DNA of 64,000 nt. Origin: Azolla caroliniana (Eukaryota; Plantae; Polypodiophyta). Shown here piece by piece: positions 25,381-37,606 of this stretch (position 1 is its first letter; each line of letters opens with the position of its first letter). Below the pieces are notes generated by a model. The model had not been told where the DNA came from. It did no database searches and saw only the letters and a program-made list of their open reading frames with translations. The stretch spans positions 11,656,001-11,720,000 of the forward strand of contig JBHGNT010000020.1 in assembly GCA_043228905.1 (NCBI GenBank). Reading direction: 5' to 3'. Position numbers and translations under genes: made by a program.

Positions 25381-28364
25381 TGGGCTCTGTCTCTGCTGTT
25401 TGATTCAACATTATGACATTTTCCAGAGAGAGAGAGAGAGAGTATTCTAACATTTCCCAGACAACCTAATTCAACATTTTGTCATGGGCGCCCAGACAAG
25501 TTGGGGCACCTCGCCATGTTTTAGTTGCTGTATAAAGTGCCACGCCGATACTTGTGTGTGTTAGGATGATGGAACTGCATAAGCTTATCTAGTCCCTTTT
25601 GGTTTGAGTGCTTGTGTTATACAATGTCCCTTCACTTATTACTTGCTCATGCCCTTACCAACCTGATTCAACATTCTATCTATGGGCCCAAACAAGTGTG
25701 GGGCAGCTCGACATGTTTTGGTGCCTATATAAAGTGCCACAGCGATACTTGTGTGTGTGGGATGATGGGACTGCATCAGCTTAGCTTGTACCCCTTGGTT
25801 TGAGTGCATATGTTATACTTGTGCAAAGCAACACAACTTGATAGAGTACTCTAGTCGGTCAATGCTTCAATCGCTATAAAAGTCATATGCCAATGTGCCT
25901 ATACTATTCTTGCCTTGAATCCATAGACCATACATATGGCTACCACATGTAGACGGGTCATCACACTTATTTACATATACCCGGTTATCCCCAAATGCAT
26001 TTGGCAAGAAAAGGGTGATTCCATCTTGAGAGTTCCCAAATATTCTCTTTGAGAAATTAGCACTCATGCACTGAATTAATTTCGAAGGACAAGACTCCCA
26101 CACTATTCAAGGAATCCTTGAATTACTATTATGGATGTGTATTGGATCCTCATAATATTTCTATCATCTAATATGTGACAATATCAATGCCACAAGGCTA
26201 GCAATGCCACATGCAACAGTATCATTGATCTTAATCTTGTGAAGGCCATCGATTTCTCAATGGCCATTGTTAACATTGTGTCGACCATCACGATAATAAC
26301 CTTAGCAAATTAAGATTGTAACATAATTCTTGTTGGCAATTTCCTAACAAAGTATGAATGTCGAAATTTAGAATAAATACCACCACGTATCTCAGTTCCT
26401 CCACATGGTTGAAAGCAAAAACCTTATCATATAAAACATGTTGGGTTTACTATTAGTTGCAGATAAGGTTCTTAGTCATCCCCGTTAGGTCGTTGCAAGC
26501 TCCTTATTAGTTGTAACTTGTACCTAATGAGAATCATTCGTTGTCAATTTATCACTACACCACATTTATCAACCTCATTTTTAAGCTAACCGACAAACAT
26601 TCAAACACTCAATGACATGTAAATGGAGACATAGAGACATACATTGCTTCTTTTTCTTGGGCCCAAGGACACATATATTTGGTTCCAAGAGAGTCTTTCT
26701 TACATTTTGTTTTATTTGTCAATATCAATTCTCTTATTGTTTTGTTTGTATTGGTGATGTATTATCCAAAATCATGAAGGTTGCCTTTTCTCATCGTGCA
26801 CGTGCACACACACACATCAATGGGCAATATCCACAACTTGTGACTAGGATTCAATCCTCCTCATGAAACCTCGTTTTTCCCGGCACAAAAATTACACAAC
26901 TTATTAACCTCCTATGGTCCACACTAGTTCATCAATTCCTTCATGGCTTGTCCATCAAATCATCCATGTATGCTTTCAACATGATCAAGTGGCATGGTGA
27001 CATTTCTAAGGGAACTAGACAACACACTTAGACATAGTTGATAGTTTCATATGATCCATAACACATGAGTCAATAAAAGTATGATGGCTTGGTTCAATAA
27101 CCATCAATCAATCATGATGAATGAAGTGTATCTTTTGCAATTTTCATTATTGAGGCAAGTAAAACCATGTTGCATTCAAAATTATTTGAAGTGAAGATTG
27201 TTTATTTGAACATCACAATTCTTCACTTGGTCTCGATAAGCACCACTTTTTGGGTTCAATGGATATTGGTACAATTCCATCAGGGTCTTGAATCCAAAGC
27301 AAAAGGACCACATGGACGTTTAAAAGGGCCGTGAACTAAGTGGCATATTCTATATTCAAGCAAGCCAAAACAAAGAAACTAAGTTGAAGTTAAAGAAAAG
27401 TTGTTCATTATGTTGTAATGACCACTTTTTTCATAGATCATATAGCACACCAAAAACTCATTACTATTGGGAAAACAAAAAGTATTGCTAGAGGATCTGG
27501 CAAAGACGGTGTGGCTCTTGTTGTATCGTATATTTTGAATATTGATAAGAGTTAAAAGGGGGGATTAAGACATATAAATAAGAGTTGTGACATTGAGGGA
27601 ATGTTCATACTGAAATGGACTAAATAGCAAATATGACACTCCCATAGAGAATTTATTGTGCAATGCATTGCCCCAACGGGCGTGTTGTCGAGATATATTT
27701 ATAGCCATTTAAAAAATGATTCTACGGTGTCATCCTACCTTTCAACTATCACCTACCCATTATAATTTATTGCCTTTTCTTCGTAAAGCATGGTCCCACC
27801 ATCCACCTTCCAATAGATGTGAAAGCCCTTTGCACACCTATGAAGGGTTATGATCACAATTTTGCTTGTTTGTTGATTGCAACCATGCACTCCTCAAGGT
27901 ATTAACCTAATATATCAAAGCTTCATTGATTGTCAGCATTGGATGTGGCATTGTGAATGGTCTAATTGATTTTCTAGGTAGTAAGGTCATCTAATGCCCC
28001 CGAGTCTTGGCCCCTTGAGTTTCTACATCAAGTAGACCTTTTCTTCTATTAAGAATTATCAAATTTGTGATCTACATATATCCAATTGTGAAGAATTATC
28101 TATAAATTTTTCATTTGTTCAACAAATGGCTTGCATTGGATGATGTGAACAATAATACATTGTTTTTGTCTGTCTCCGCACATTGTCCAAGTGCTTATGT
28201 TGTACCTGTACATGTCCTTCTACAATTTGCAAAAGGACATTGACCATCTCATTATAATGGATGACGATTTCATTCAAAATATCCTAAGTTCTAACCAACT
28301 CTTTCACTTCTAACTTCAACATGTTTGCATGTATTGTCTAACTTCACACATGTTCATTTCATAT

Positions 28365-29509
28365 TGTGGTGGTCACATGGACCACACCTAGATTAGGCCC
28401 CTACCAAGCCCCATGCACCACACATAGACCACACCCAAATTAGGCCCCTACCAAGCCTCATGCACCACACCCAAACTAGGCCCCCACCAAGCCCCATAAT
28501 TAGTAGAGCTAATTGGAGCGGGAGAACACCCTCCACGCTAAGAGAGAGTCTATAAAATGTAACTTGAGACATAATGAAAAGAGGTCTATTCTTGAGAGCA
28601 TTTCACATCTTGAGCATTTCACATCTTGGTGGAGAAGACGGGCCAAGCCACCCCAACTCACGACCCCAACAACGCCCGCCACGATGCAACACGACAACAA
28701 CGACGGCAACGCAAACTCGATGAATCCGGAATTCCTACAACACAATCAAGGACACCAGCCCACATCGCCAATCGACCAACTGGTTCAAGCTCTGTCCAAC
28801 ATCATTTTACAAGTTAACCATACTAACCAAGCCATGTTGTCCTTTCTTTCAGCACGATCCGAGCCACAACAAAATCTCCCGGACTCTCGAGTTCGCCCAA
28901 AACCGTTCTCCGGCCTACCATCAAAAGACGTCCTCTCTTGACTGGATCATTTCGAAATGGTGGCCAGTTACCACCAGTGGCCACACCCTCGGAAGGCAAT
29001 GGAGATGAAGACACTCCTCGAGAATATCGCGGCAACATGGCTTGTACAACAACCCGAAGAGACACGCAACGACTGGGATCTGTTACGGGCAGCCATGATT
29101 CGGAATTTTGCTCACCAGTCTCGCATGAAGCCCTTCCATCAACTACCACCGCCCCCGCCCACACTCATGCCTACGCCCACGCCCGTGTCATCCCCCCGTC
29201 TGGAACCGTCGTCCATGCCTCGTCGCGCTTCGACTGCACAGTAACTTTTTTTTTACAAGGGGGAATTGTGGTGGTCACATGGACCACACCTAGATTAGGC
29301 CCCTACCAAGCCCCATGCACCACACATAGACCACACCCAAATTAGGCCCCTACCAAGCCTCATGCACCACACCCAAACTAGGCCCCCACCAAGCCCCATA
29401 ATTAGTAGAGCTAATTGGAGCGGGAGAACACCCTCCACGCTAAGAGAGAGTCTATAAAATGTAACTTGAGACATAATGAAAAGAGGTCTATTCTTGAGAG
29501 CATTTCACA
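28365..29509 (+). mobile_element. Young non-autonomous LTR retrotransposon (TRIM/TR-GAG-like, 1145 bp)
   Basis: Two 243-bp LTRs (28365-28607 and 29267-29509), TG...CA, identical by eye. ATAT on both flanks. PBS TGGTGGAGAAGACGGGC at about 28627. PPT AAGGGGGAA precedes the 3' LTR. Internal gag fragment. Confidence 0.93.
28683..29244 (+). pseudogene. Truncated Ty3/Gypsy-type gag (capsid N-terminus) with one in-frame stop
   Basis: RPKPFSGLPSKDVLS*LDHFEMVASYHQW...KAMEMKTLLENIAATW...DWDLLRAAMIRNF fits the gag PxxFSG..DVxxWLxxFE..A..W pattern. TGA at 28939-28941 occupies the conserved Trp position. Confidence 0.8.
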
Positions 29510-31607
29510 ATATATATATAAATTCCCCATTTTCCTATTGCAAGGAAAAAATATTGCAAACTTTAAATCCAAATAATATATATATCAACTCCAATTCATC
29601 ACATGACCATGATCTATATATTCAAACATATAGATCTATTACCATCAACTCACATGGTTCCCCTATTTGATCCTCTCCTCGTGTCATGTACACGACATCC
29701 ACGCACAAAACACTTAGTGGATGCTTTCTATGAATCTAGTTCAAGCAATAGTTTATACAACTAAAACTCTTCTTTTCCAATTGATCAACTACTACACTAG
29801 ACCACAAAGAAACATGCCCAATTCACAAAGTAGCAATTACTATCCATCAATATCCATGGCAATACTTTAAAGAACAGATCTTACTAAATGATTTGTTTTT
29901 TGATTCAATGACTATAAAAACCCAACACTATAAATACTTGTTTAAATTAATGTTGTACGATACATGAGCATTAGGTACACATCTTAATTAGAAAAAAATT
30001 TCGTAAGTTTCCCACAACATTAAGCACATGCATAAGCTCGACATGATAACAACCTCCTGAATTATAAATTGTATTCAAATGGACTCAGAACTAATACCCT
30101 CTTTTTTAGCCTTGAAAGGTTTTCTTAACATACTTAAATGGAACATTTGTAGCTTTTGCTTGGAGATGAAATTTCTTCCTGATGACTTAACAATTCCTTC
30201 AACTTTTTGTAATGTAATGCTTGCAACATATCATAACGAAAAATTCAGCATTATTCTTGTTTTTACAGGATAAAAGTGTTTCTAGACACCACTAGGTGTT
30301 ATTGCATTTCACATGCTTATATGAAAACATGCACAATTTGTTTAATGTTATAATGATTTAAGTATTAAACTAACCCTAATACTAACAATCCCAGAATCTT
30401 CCAGTCTGTCATTTGCTACACTAAGAATCTTCACAAAGTTCCTCTCACCATTATAAGATCACCTCCAGAATATTGTTGTCATTTGCTATACTAAGAGTAA
30501 GAACCTTTGCAGAGTTTCTTTAATCATTAGTGGACCACCTCCAGCATATTGTCGATATGAGAACACCTTTCAATCAGCATTTTCAAGTTCATCTTATTTC
30601 ATTCCTCAGTAGGAGGAAGCTTAGCAAGCTTCTGTATCATCATTAGTGGATCTACCATGTTCAACCTTATGTTGTTTGCCAATTGCTCTCAACAGCTCAG
30701 ACTGAACAATTATCATATAACAAAACCCAACGAATAATAAAGTACACTGGGAAAAACAAACAGTATTTGATTTTCTGAAGAAAAACTAACAGTATACCAT
30801 CATATAACAAACAGCATTCAATTTTCTGAAGAAGAAAAACAACACATTTAACTATAAAATCAGGCCCTGGGAAATTGCAAGCTACAAACAGTGACAATAG
30901 TGCAAACTCTCTTGTTCTTTGTGGACAATGCAAAAATTGGAATCTTTGCAAAATGAGGAGAAACCATTGTTATATAAATTTCTCTCTTTGAAACATTAAC
31001 ATCCATTTGGGGAAATCTGGATATTGCAAAATGTAAAGATAATAGCACACAACGATCTCCATCCTAAGCCCAAGAATAAAAACATTAATTATCTAATAAT
31101 ACCTGGGATATTCTGCTACCAATGTTTTTGCCATAATACAAATCTCGAGTGGTTTTGAGCCTCATGATGAGTGTGTTTCAAACCTCATGAAAATTAGCTT
31201 ATCGAATTACCAGAGAAGTGTAGAACTGATAACAATTGAGAATCTCGGTTTCTCCGTTTCGCCATGATAGACATCTAAAGTGTGCAAAATTATCAACCAA
31301 CTTCATGAATCAATAAATTGGTGCACAAATATACACTAAAAAACAAACTCCTGAATGTAAGACTAAATTGAAGTCATGAAATTTACATGTCTAGCAACCA
31401 AAATCAGGAAAGGATACAAGCAACATACCAAGAACATGTGTGAACAAACAATGCGACAGACATATCAATTCCTCTCCATTGCTTCAAAAATGGAAGTTAG
31501 TTATAGAATGCTATTGATATTGAATTCATTCACATTGAAAAACAGGATAATGTTTCTGAGTTAACACAAGTCTACTCATTCTATCTATAGAAGATATGTT
31601 CTCACAA

Positions 31608-33999
31608 CTATTTCGGGTTTCTCAGCACAATGATAACTGAATCGCCTCGGAGAAACATCTTGCTGATAAACCTATCCTTGTTCACTGGTTTTGATTTCTT
31701 CTTCCCTTTCCCTGCCTTTGGCAACTGCAAATACCACAGGGATAAAAAGTGGAACTTATCTTAATAAAAGCAAAACAACATATTAAAGAGAATAAGAAGC
31801 CATGGTCAAAATGCAGTTCATCTTAAATCAAAGCAAAAGAGTAATCAGAATATTTTTAAACTATCAAAAATGAATTCTCTTAATTCCCTAAAGAAACCAT
31901 TGCCAGAAAATGCATTTCATCCTAAATCAAATAAAATAATAAGATGAATCGTCTTACTTCTGTCCACATCTCTCTAACATTCTCCAGCACCATGTTGCAA
32001 TGCCTATCAAATGCCTTAACTCTCCCCAGGAGCTTCTTGTTATTCCTACAGTTGATCAAGACCTGCATTTTTAACAAACCCATGTTGCTTGATCGATACT
32101 TATGAGAAGGCTGAGTTTTCAGCTAACAATTCCCATACATTGATAAAAAATATCGTAAACTCTCGCTCTCTCTAGAAAATAATACCCAGAACCAAACAGC
32201 AAAACAGTTTTTGAACTTTCACTAGAAGTGAAGGTAACTACCCCCATTCTGAATGATGCTCACAGAAACAGTGGGATTATGAGCCACCAACCAACATATG
32301 TCTTTTATTTTGGTCACATACATATGATATGGACTCTTATAATGAATCTACACCTAGAACTCTAGGCCGCGATATCTGGAGGATATAAGAAAAAACAAAC
32401 TTCTAGTTACCTAGGCATATCACACACGCACACACAAAAACGGTTTTTAGGAATAGAATTATGACGATAGGAAACCATTATCAAACCATATCTACATACT
32501 TGGCTGCAATCAAGAGGTTCAGGTTCAGAAGCACATCAGATTACATAGCGACATATATTTACAGATATGCAAACTTTCATAACATGTTTGTTTTCCAGCA
32601 CTGACCAACCAATGCACCATTCTCACACAGCCTCTGACACATCCACCCCAACTCTTTAGGCAAGTGTAGAAATGCTCCTTAATTGAGCATAATGATAATA
32701 CTTTATAAATGATGGAAAGCCAAATGAGACAAGTGTTATTTTGTAACATTTGGATGGGTTGCATAAGCTATGTTATTGTGCATTGGTAACAGACTTGAAT
32801 GCTACCAAGAACGATAAATTGTCACCATAATCATCACCACAATCTCCATCATCATCAACAACTATGATTTTCTATGGAGGATACTCCTACGCAGAAAACG
32901 ATGGAACTAATATTCCTTCCACCAAATGAGAGGGTAGAATCAATAAGGTTTCTTTTCAATTGCACAAACTAAATTAAACAAACTTATCAGAGGAGTTCAC
33001 CTTCATTGTTCTCCATTAAAAGACTTAGAGCATATAGCGCAGTATTCATCATCTTCTTTGGATATTGTATTACAGCAGACTAAGTAGATAGATGAAAGAA
33101 CGTCACAATGTTGTAGCATTACCTGAGTATTATTTTTTACGCTCATTGTTAAGACAGACAATGGGCCAGTATTAAACTCATCTTCCTTCTTCTCCTGCCA
33201 GATCAAACAAATACAAGTCAGTTTTATTTAAACAGAGAAGAAAGATAAAAAAACGTAAATTATTGATAGAAACCCACCTGATCTTCTTCCATTGGTCTTG
33301 CTCCACTACAAAAGGTCGTCCATATGATTGAGTTAGTATACACATAAAATGTAACATACATAGCATATACAAAGGAAAGAAAAACACAAAAAGAATAGGA
33401 AATGTGTGATTTTCACAGCGCATATACACACTTATGTATACGATGAATGCCATTCTACAGAGGAAAAAACACGAAAATCACAATATGTACGAAGGTTTCT
33501 ATTGAAGAGAAAGAAAAGGGGATTTGAAGCATATGCACACAGATAATGTCACAAAGAACACCATAACGCAGAGAACAAAATCTGAATGTACACAAACGCC
33601 GTCATATCGCGGCCAAAGAAAAGAAGGCGTGCGTGAATCACATCAAGTGGACACAGAGGTAGACAAAGGAAGCCATGGAAAACAAAGAAAGTGAACAGAA
33701 AAAAAAATATGGGAATTCACGGCAAATACAAAGATAATGTTGTAAATTTCGAGGGAGCCCAAGTGCGATTCACATAGTATGCAAGAGCATTCCATCAAAG
33801 AGCAAGATTTGAGCAAAAAGTAAATCCTTCGACAGCAAAAGAGAACAGAAAGTGGTTCACAAACACACAACATATATAAGTAAGGGGAGAAGAAGAAAAA
33901 ACAGAGAAATTTGGACAGAGAGAGAGAGAGAGAGGAAAAGATGGGGGGAAAGAGAAGGATTCACAGAGAATGTGGCAGGAAGAAAAAACTGAAAGAGCA

Positions 34000-34056
<57 letters not shown>

Positions 34057-34066
34057 CATACCTCAT
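31608..34066 (-). CDS. SmD2: Small nuclear ribonucleoprotein Sm D2
   Basis: Exons 34066-34062, 33305-33278, 33194-33123, 32062-31958 and 31724-31608, all GT-AG, give [108 protein letters not shown]. Confidence 0.97.
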
Positions 34067-34384
34067 GGTCGAAGAGAAGATATGGAGATCTGCAGAAGGC
34101 AGGCAAGCAGATAATTACTTCTGTTAGAAAACCCTAGCAAAAGCTTCCTTCTTCTTCTTCTTCTTCTTCTTCTGTCTGTCTGTCTCTCTCTCTCTTTCTT
34201 CTGATGTTAATTAAAAAGAATAGTAATAACAGAGGAAGAAGAAGTCACTCTTTTCTTCCTTCTTTTTTTTTTACTTCACAATTTCTTCTTCTTCTTCTTC
34301 TTCTATTTTGCTCCAAATCTTCTTTTTATTTCTTATGTTTTCTCTCATCCTTTCTTAGGTCCAAATTTTTGTTTCTAAATTCTA

Positions 34385-34647
34385 ATTATCTTTACCCTAG
34401 TGGTAAGTTCTTTTACCACTAGCCCTAGGTCTTGGGTTCAAACCCTACTTATCACACATCTCTATTATTTATATACATATCATCCTCTTTAAGTTTACTA
34501 GATGCCATGATTGTGGAATGTCGGGGTTGAACCCATGACCTCCTCGTCTCCATTGGGCATTCATACATATCATCCTCTTTAAGTTTACTAGATGCCATTG
34601 TGGAATGTCGGGGTTGAACCCATGACCTCCTCGTCTCCATTGGGCAT
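34385..34647 (-). repeat. tRNA-derived module, copy D (3' half of the head duplicated), upstream of SmD2
   Basis: Two tandem copies of about 87 bp of ...CTAGATGCCA..TGTGGAATGTCGGGGTTGAACCCATGACC. Plus-strand TACCCTAGTGGTAAG...GGTCTTGGGTTCAAACCC at 34393-34445. Confidence 0.7.
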
Positions 34648-34667
34648 CTCTCTCTCTCTCTCTCTCT

Positions 34668-35030
34668 CATGCATTGCGATGTGAAACAGGGCATTGGGGC
34701 ACAAGTGATGAGAGTGGTCAGCTATGCACACTTTGCCCTAAACAAGTTCGCGAGTCTGAGTATCACACTTTAATACAATGCTCTGCCTTTGATCATATTC
34801 GACCGTGCTTTCCACATCTCTTCAACCGAGCCCAATCTTTGCATGAATTCCTCTCATAACCACAATGTGCACTCTCGATTGCAACATTCATCTGTAAAGT
34901 TCTTGAACATCGAGAGTCACTGCTCACTTTAACATGTATCACGTGAAATGTAACATTTTTTTGTCTCATAGGTCATATTTGACCTCCGAAGACGATAATA
35001 TAATCTATCTATCTATCTATTTATCTATTT
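34668..35030 (+). mobile_element. 5'-truncated LINE: C-terminal Cys/His domain, 3' UTR hairpin and (ATCT)n tail
   Basis: LRCETGHW...LCTLCPKQVRESEYHTLIQCSAFDHIR (CxxC..H..C), stop near 34945, AGGTCA-TATT-TGACCT at 34970-34985, then (ATCT)n. The 5' end abuts (CT)n. Confidence 0.8.
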
Positions 35031-36395
35031 GACCTCCGAAGAAGATAATAAAACCTATCTATCTATCCATCTATATATATATATCTTGTGTGTGTGCGTG
35101 CGCGCACGCTCATGCGTGTGCAACACATGTAAAGCTCCCCCCGTCCTCAACAATGTCAATGATCTGCTACACACGATAGGCCTGCTATTGGACGTTACCT
35201 CCATACCTACTGCTTCTTTGCGTAACGTTCCAATTATGCCAAGTTTGAGTTGTATAACACAATCCAAAAAAGTTGTGTGCCTCTTTGTCTACATGTGTGC
35301 TTGTTTGCAGAGATAAGACGACTGAGTTGATTTTGCGGAATAACCTTGTGTTCTCTGCAACTTGCCTTTTATTCATACAAGTTTGAACATCCTTGAGCTC
35401 TATCACTTTGTATTTTCATTGGCCACGTGTTATCTCTACCGAACGTTTCATTATCAATGCACATGGGAGTGCTCACTCATTCAACATATTGAACCAATGT
35501 TCTTAATTGTAACTCGTAATCAAAGTTTCACAAGTCATTGTGCAAGTTACATGGAAAGAGGTTGCATGCACTCACGCATGATTTCGGATACATTGAGGGT
35601 CACCTTGATCATTTATTAAGATATGGGAGTTTTTTTTTCTCTTGCCATTATGTGGGTTTTGATTTTGAGAGTTCAATTGGCCACATGTTCAACATATGTC
35701 GCTCGATTGGAGGGATTGCAAAGTATGGAAAGTAATTATTCAACTAGGCAGTACTCTATGTGAGCCTTATGTCATATGAAAGATTCTCTATGAACGATAT
35801 GCATTCCTCTCCTAGATAACTTGGAGGAAATGCAATCATGGTACTGTGGCATGCAACTACGGTCTCTTCCCAAACACATCCATGAAGTCCTCATGTACTA
35901 GCGGGACCTTAAATGATCCAACGCCATAAATGTGGATATTTAGCTACCCATATGCACTTCTTCCTTCACAATGTCTTTTAAGATTAGAGAGAATTAGATG
36001 AATGGATGGATGAATCAAGGCCTTACAAAGAGCACATTCTTTCGGAATCTCGAAACACAAAGGTTCCGAAAGATGTAAAGAAAATGAATTAACAGAATAT
36101 CGAGAGGGGACATGCATGATGCACTGGAAAGTACATGGGCACATGTGAGGAAAGTCTAGCATGAATGGAAAACACGAGCATGACAAATCAACAAGCATAT
36201 ACATAGCAAGTCAGGGAAAGGGTATATAGGTTGCATGAGGATTGACAAATGGAAATAATTAGCATGGGCCGAGATTTGATGAGAGTGTGTTCCCGACCTT
36301 CATAAGGAATCAAGAGATCGATGCACGTGTTACTCACCTCTATTGGCGGAGAGTTTGAAGGACGAAATAGATATTAGGTGGCATCTTCTAGGGAC

Positions 36396-37414
36396 TAGCT
36401 ATGGGCTTGGTTTTGGCTCAAACCAAACCAAACCAAAACGTTAGGCCATGGTTGAACGGTTTATCGGTTCCAAAAGAATTGGATGGTTTGGTATGAGGAT
36501 TGACAAATGGAAATAATTAGCATGGGCTGAGATTTGATGAGAGTGTGTTCCCGACCTTCATAGGGAATTAAGAGATCGATGCACGTGTTACTCGCCTCTA
36601 TTGGCGGAGAGTTTGAAGGACGAAATAGATATTAGGCGACGTCTTCTAGGGACTAGCTATGGGCTTGGTTTTGGCTCAAACCAAACCAAACCAAACCGTT
36701 AGGCCATGGTTGAACGGTTTATCGGTTCCAAAATAATTAGATGGTTTGGATTATTAAAAAACGGTTCAGTTCTAAAACTTGGGTTTATAGTTTTGAGTGG
36801 TTTTGTTTAAAGGTTGATTGGTTTTTGGTTAACTTTTCTTTTTCTTAATGTTGATTTAATTTAATGGTTTAATTAACGTATTTTATTTTAATTAGTTTAA
36901 CTGAAATGCTTATTTATACTTTAATATATTTTTGTTTATTTAGTTTTTTAATTAGTTTGACTTAAATGGTTTGGTTTAAATGACTTGAGAGTTCATAAAT
37001 GGTTTGGCTTGGGTTTTTGTTTCATATAAATGGTTCAGTTCAGTTTGGTTTGGTTTCAAGGCAAAGAAATCAAACCGAACCAAAGCGGCCCATACGTATG
37101 TATGTACATATTATGAAGTTTTCTAACAAAAAAGAAAAAGCCCATGGTTTTGTGTGTTTGCTTGGAATGTGTATAATACACAGAGAGAAAGAAAGAAAGA
37201 AAGAAAGAAAGAATAGCATCTTTGCTTATTTATACTTTAATATATTTTTGTTTATTTAGTTTTTTAATTAGTTTGACTTAAATGGTTCGGTTTAAATGAC
37301 TTGAGAGTTCATAAACGGTTTGGCTTGGGTTTTTGTTTTCATATAAATGGTTCAGTTCAGTTTGGTTCGGTTTGAAGGCAAAGAAATCAAACCGAACCAA
37401 ACCGGCCCATATGT
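36396..37414. mobile_element. hAT-like MITE with duplicated termini upstream of GLB3 copy 1
   Basis: Starts TAGCTATGGGC, ends GCCCATA, carries AAACC/GGTTT subterminal repeats and is similar to the element at 46301-46814. Confidence 0.65.
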
Positions 37415-37606
37415 ATGTATGTACATATTATGAAGTTTTCTAACAAAAAAAAAGAAACCCATGGTTTTGTGTGTTTGCTTGGAATGTGTATAAGACAGAG
37501 AAAGAAAGAAAGAAAGAAAGAAAGAATAGCATCTTTCAATGGGAGAAAGGAGGCAGAGGATGAGAGAGGGAGAAGGAGAAGGAGAAGAAGAGAGGCATCT
37601 GTGTCC

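Noticed and set aside
28939-28941. Programmed readthrough or selenocysteine at the gag TGA
   Set aside because: It falls at a conserved Trp (TGG to TGA) in a deleted non-autonomous element; a point mutation is simpler.
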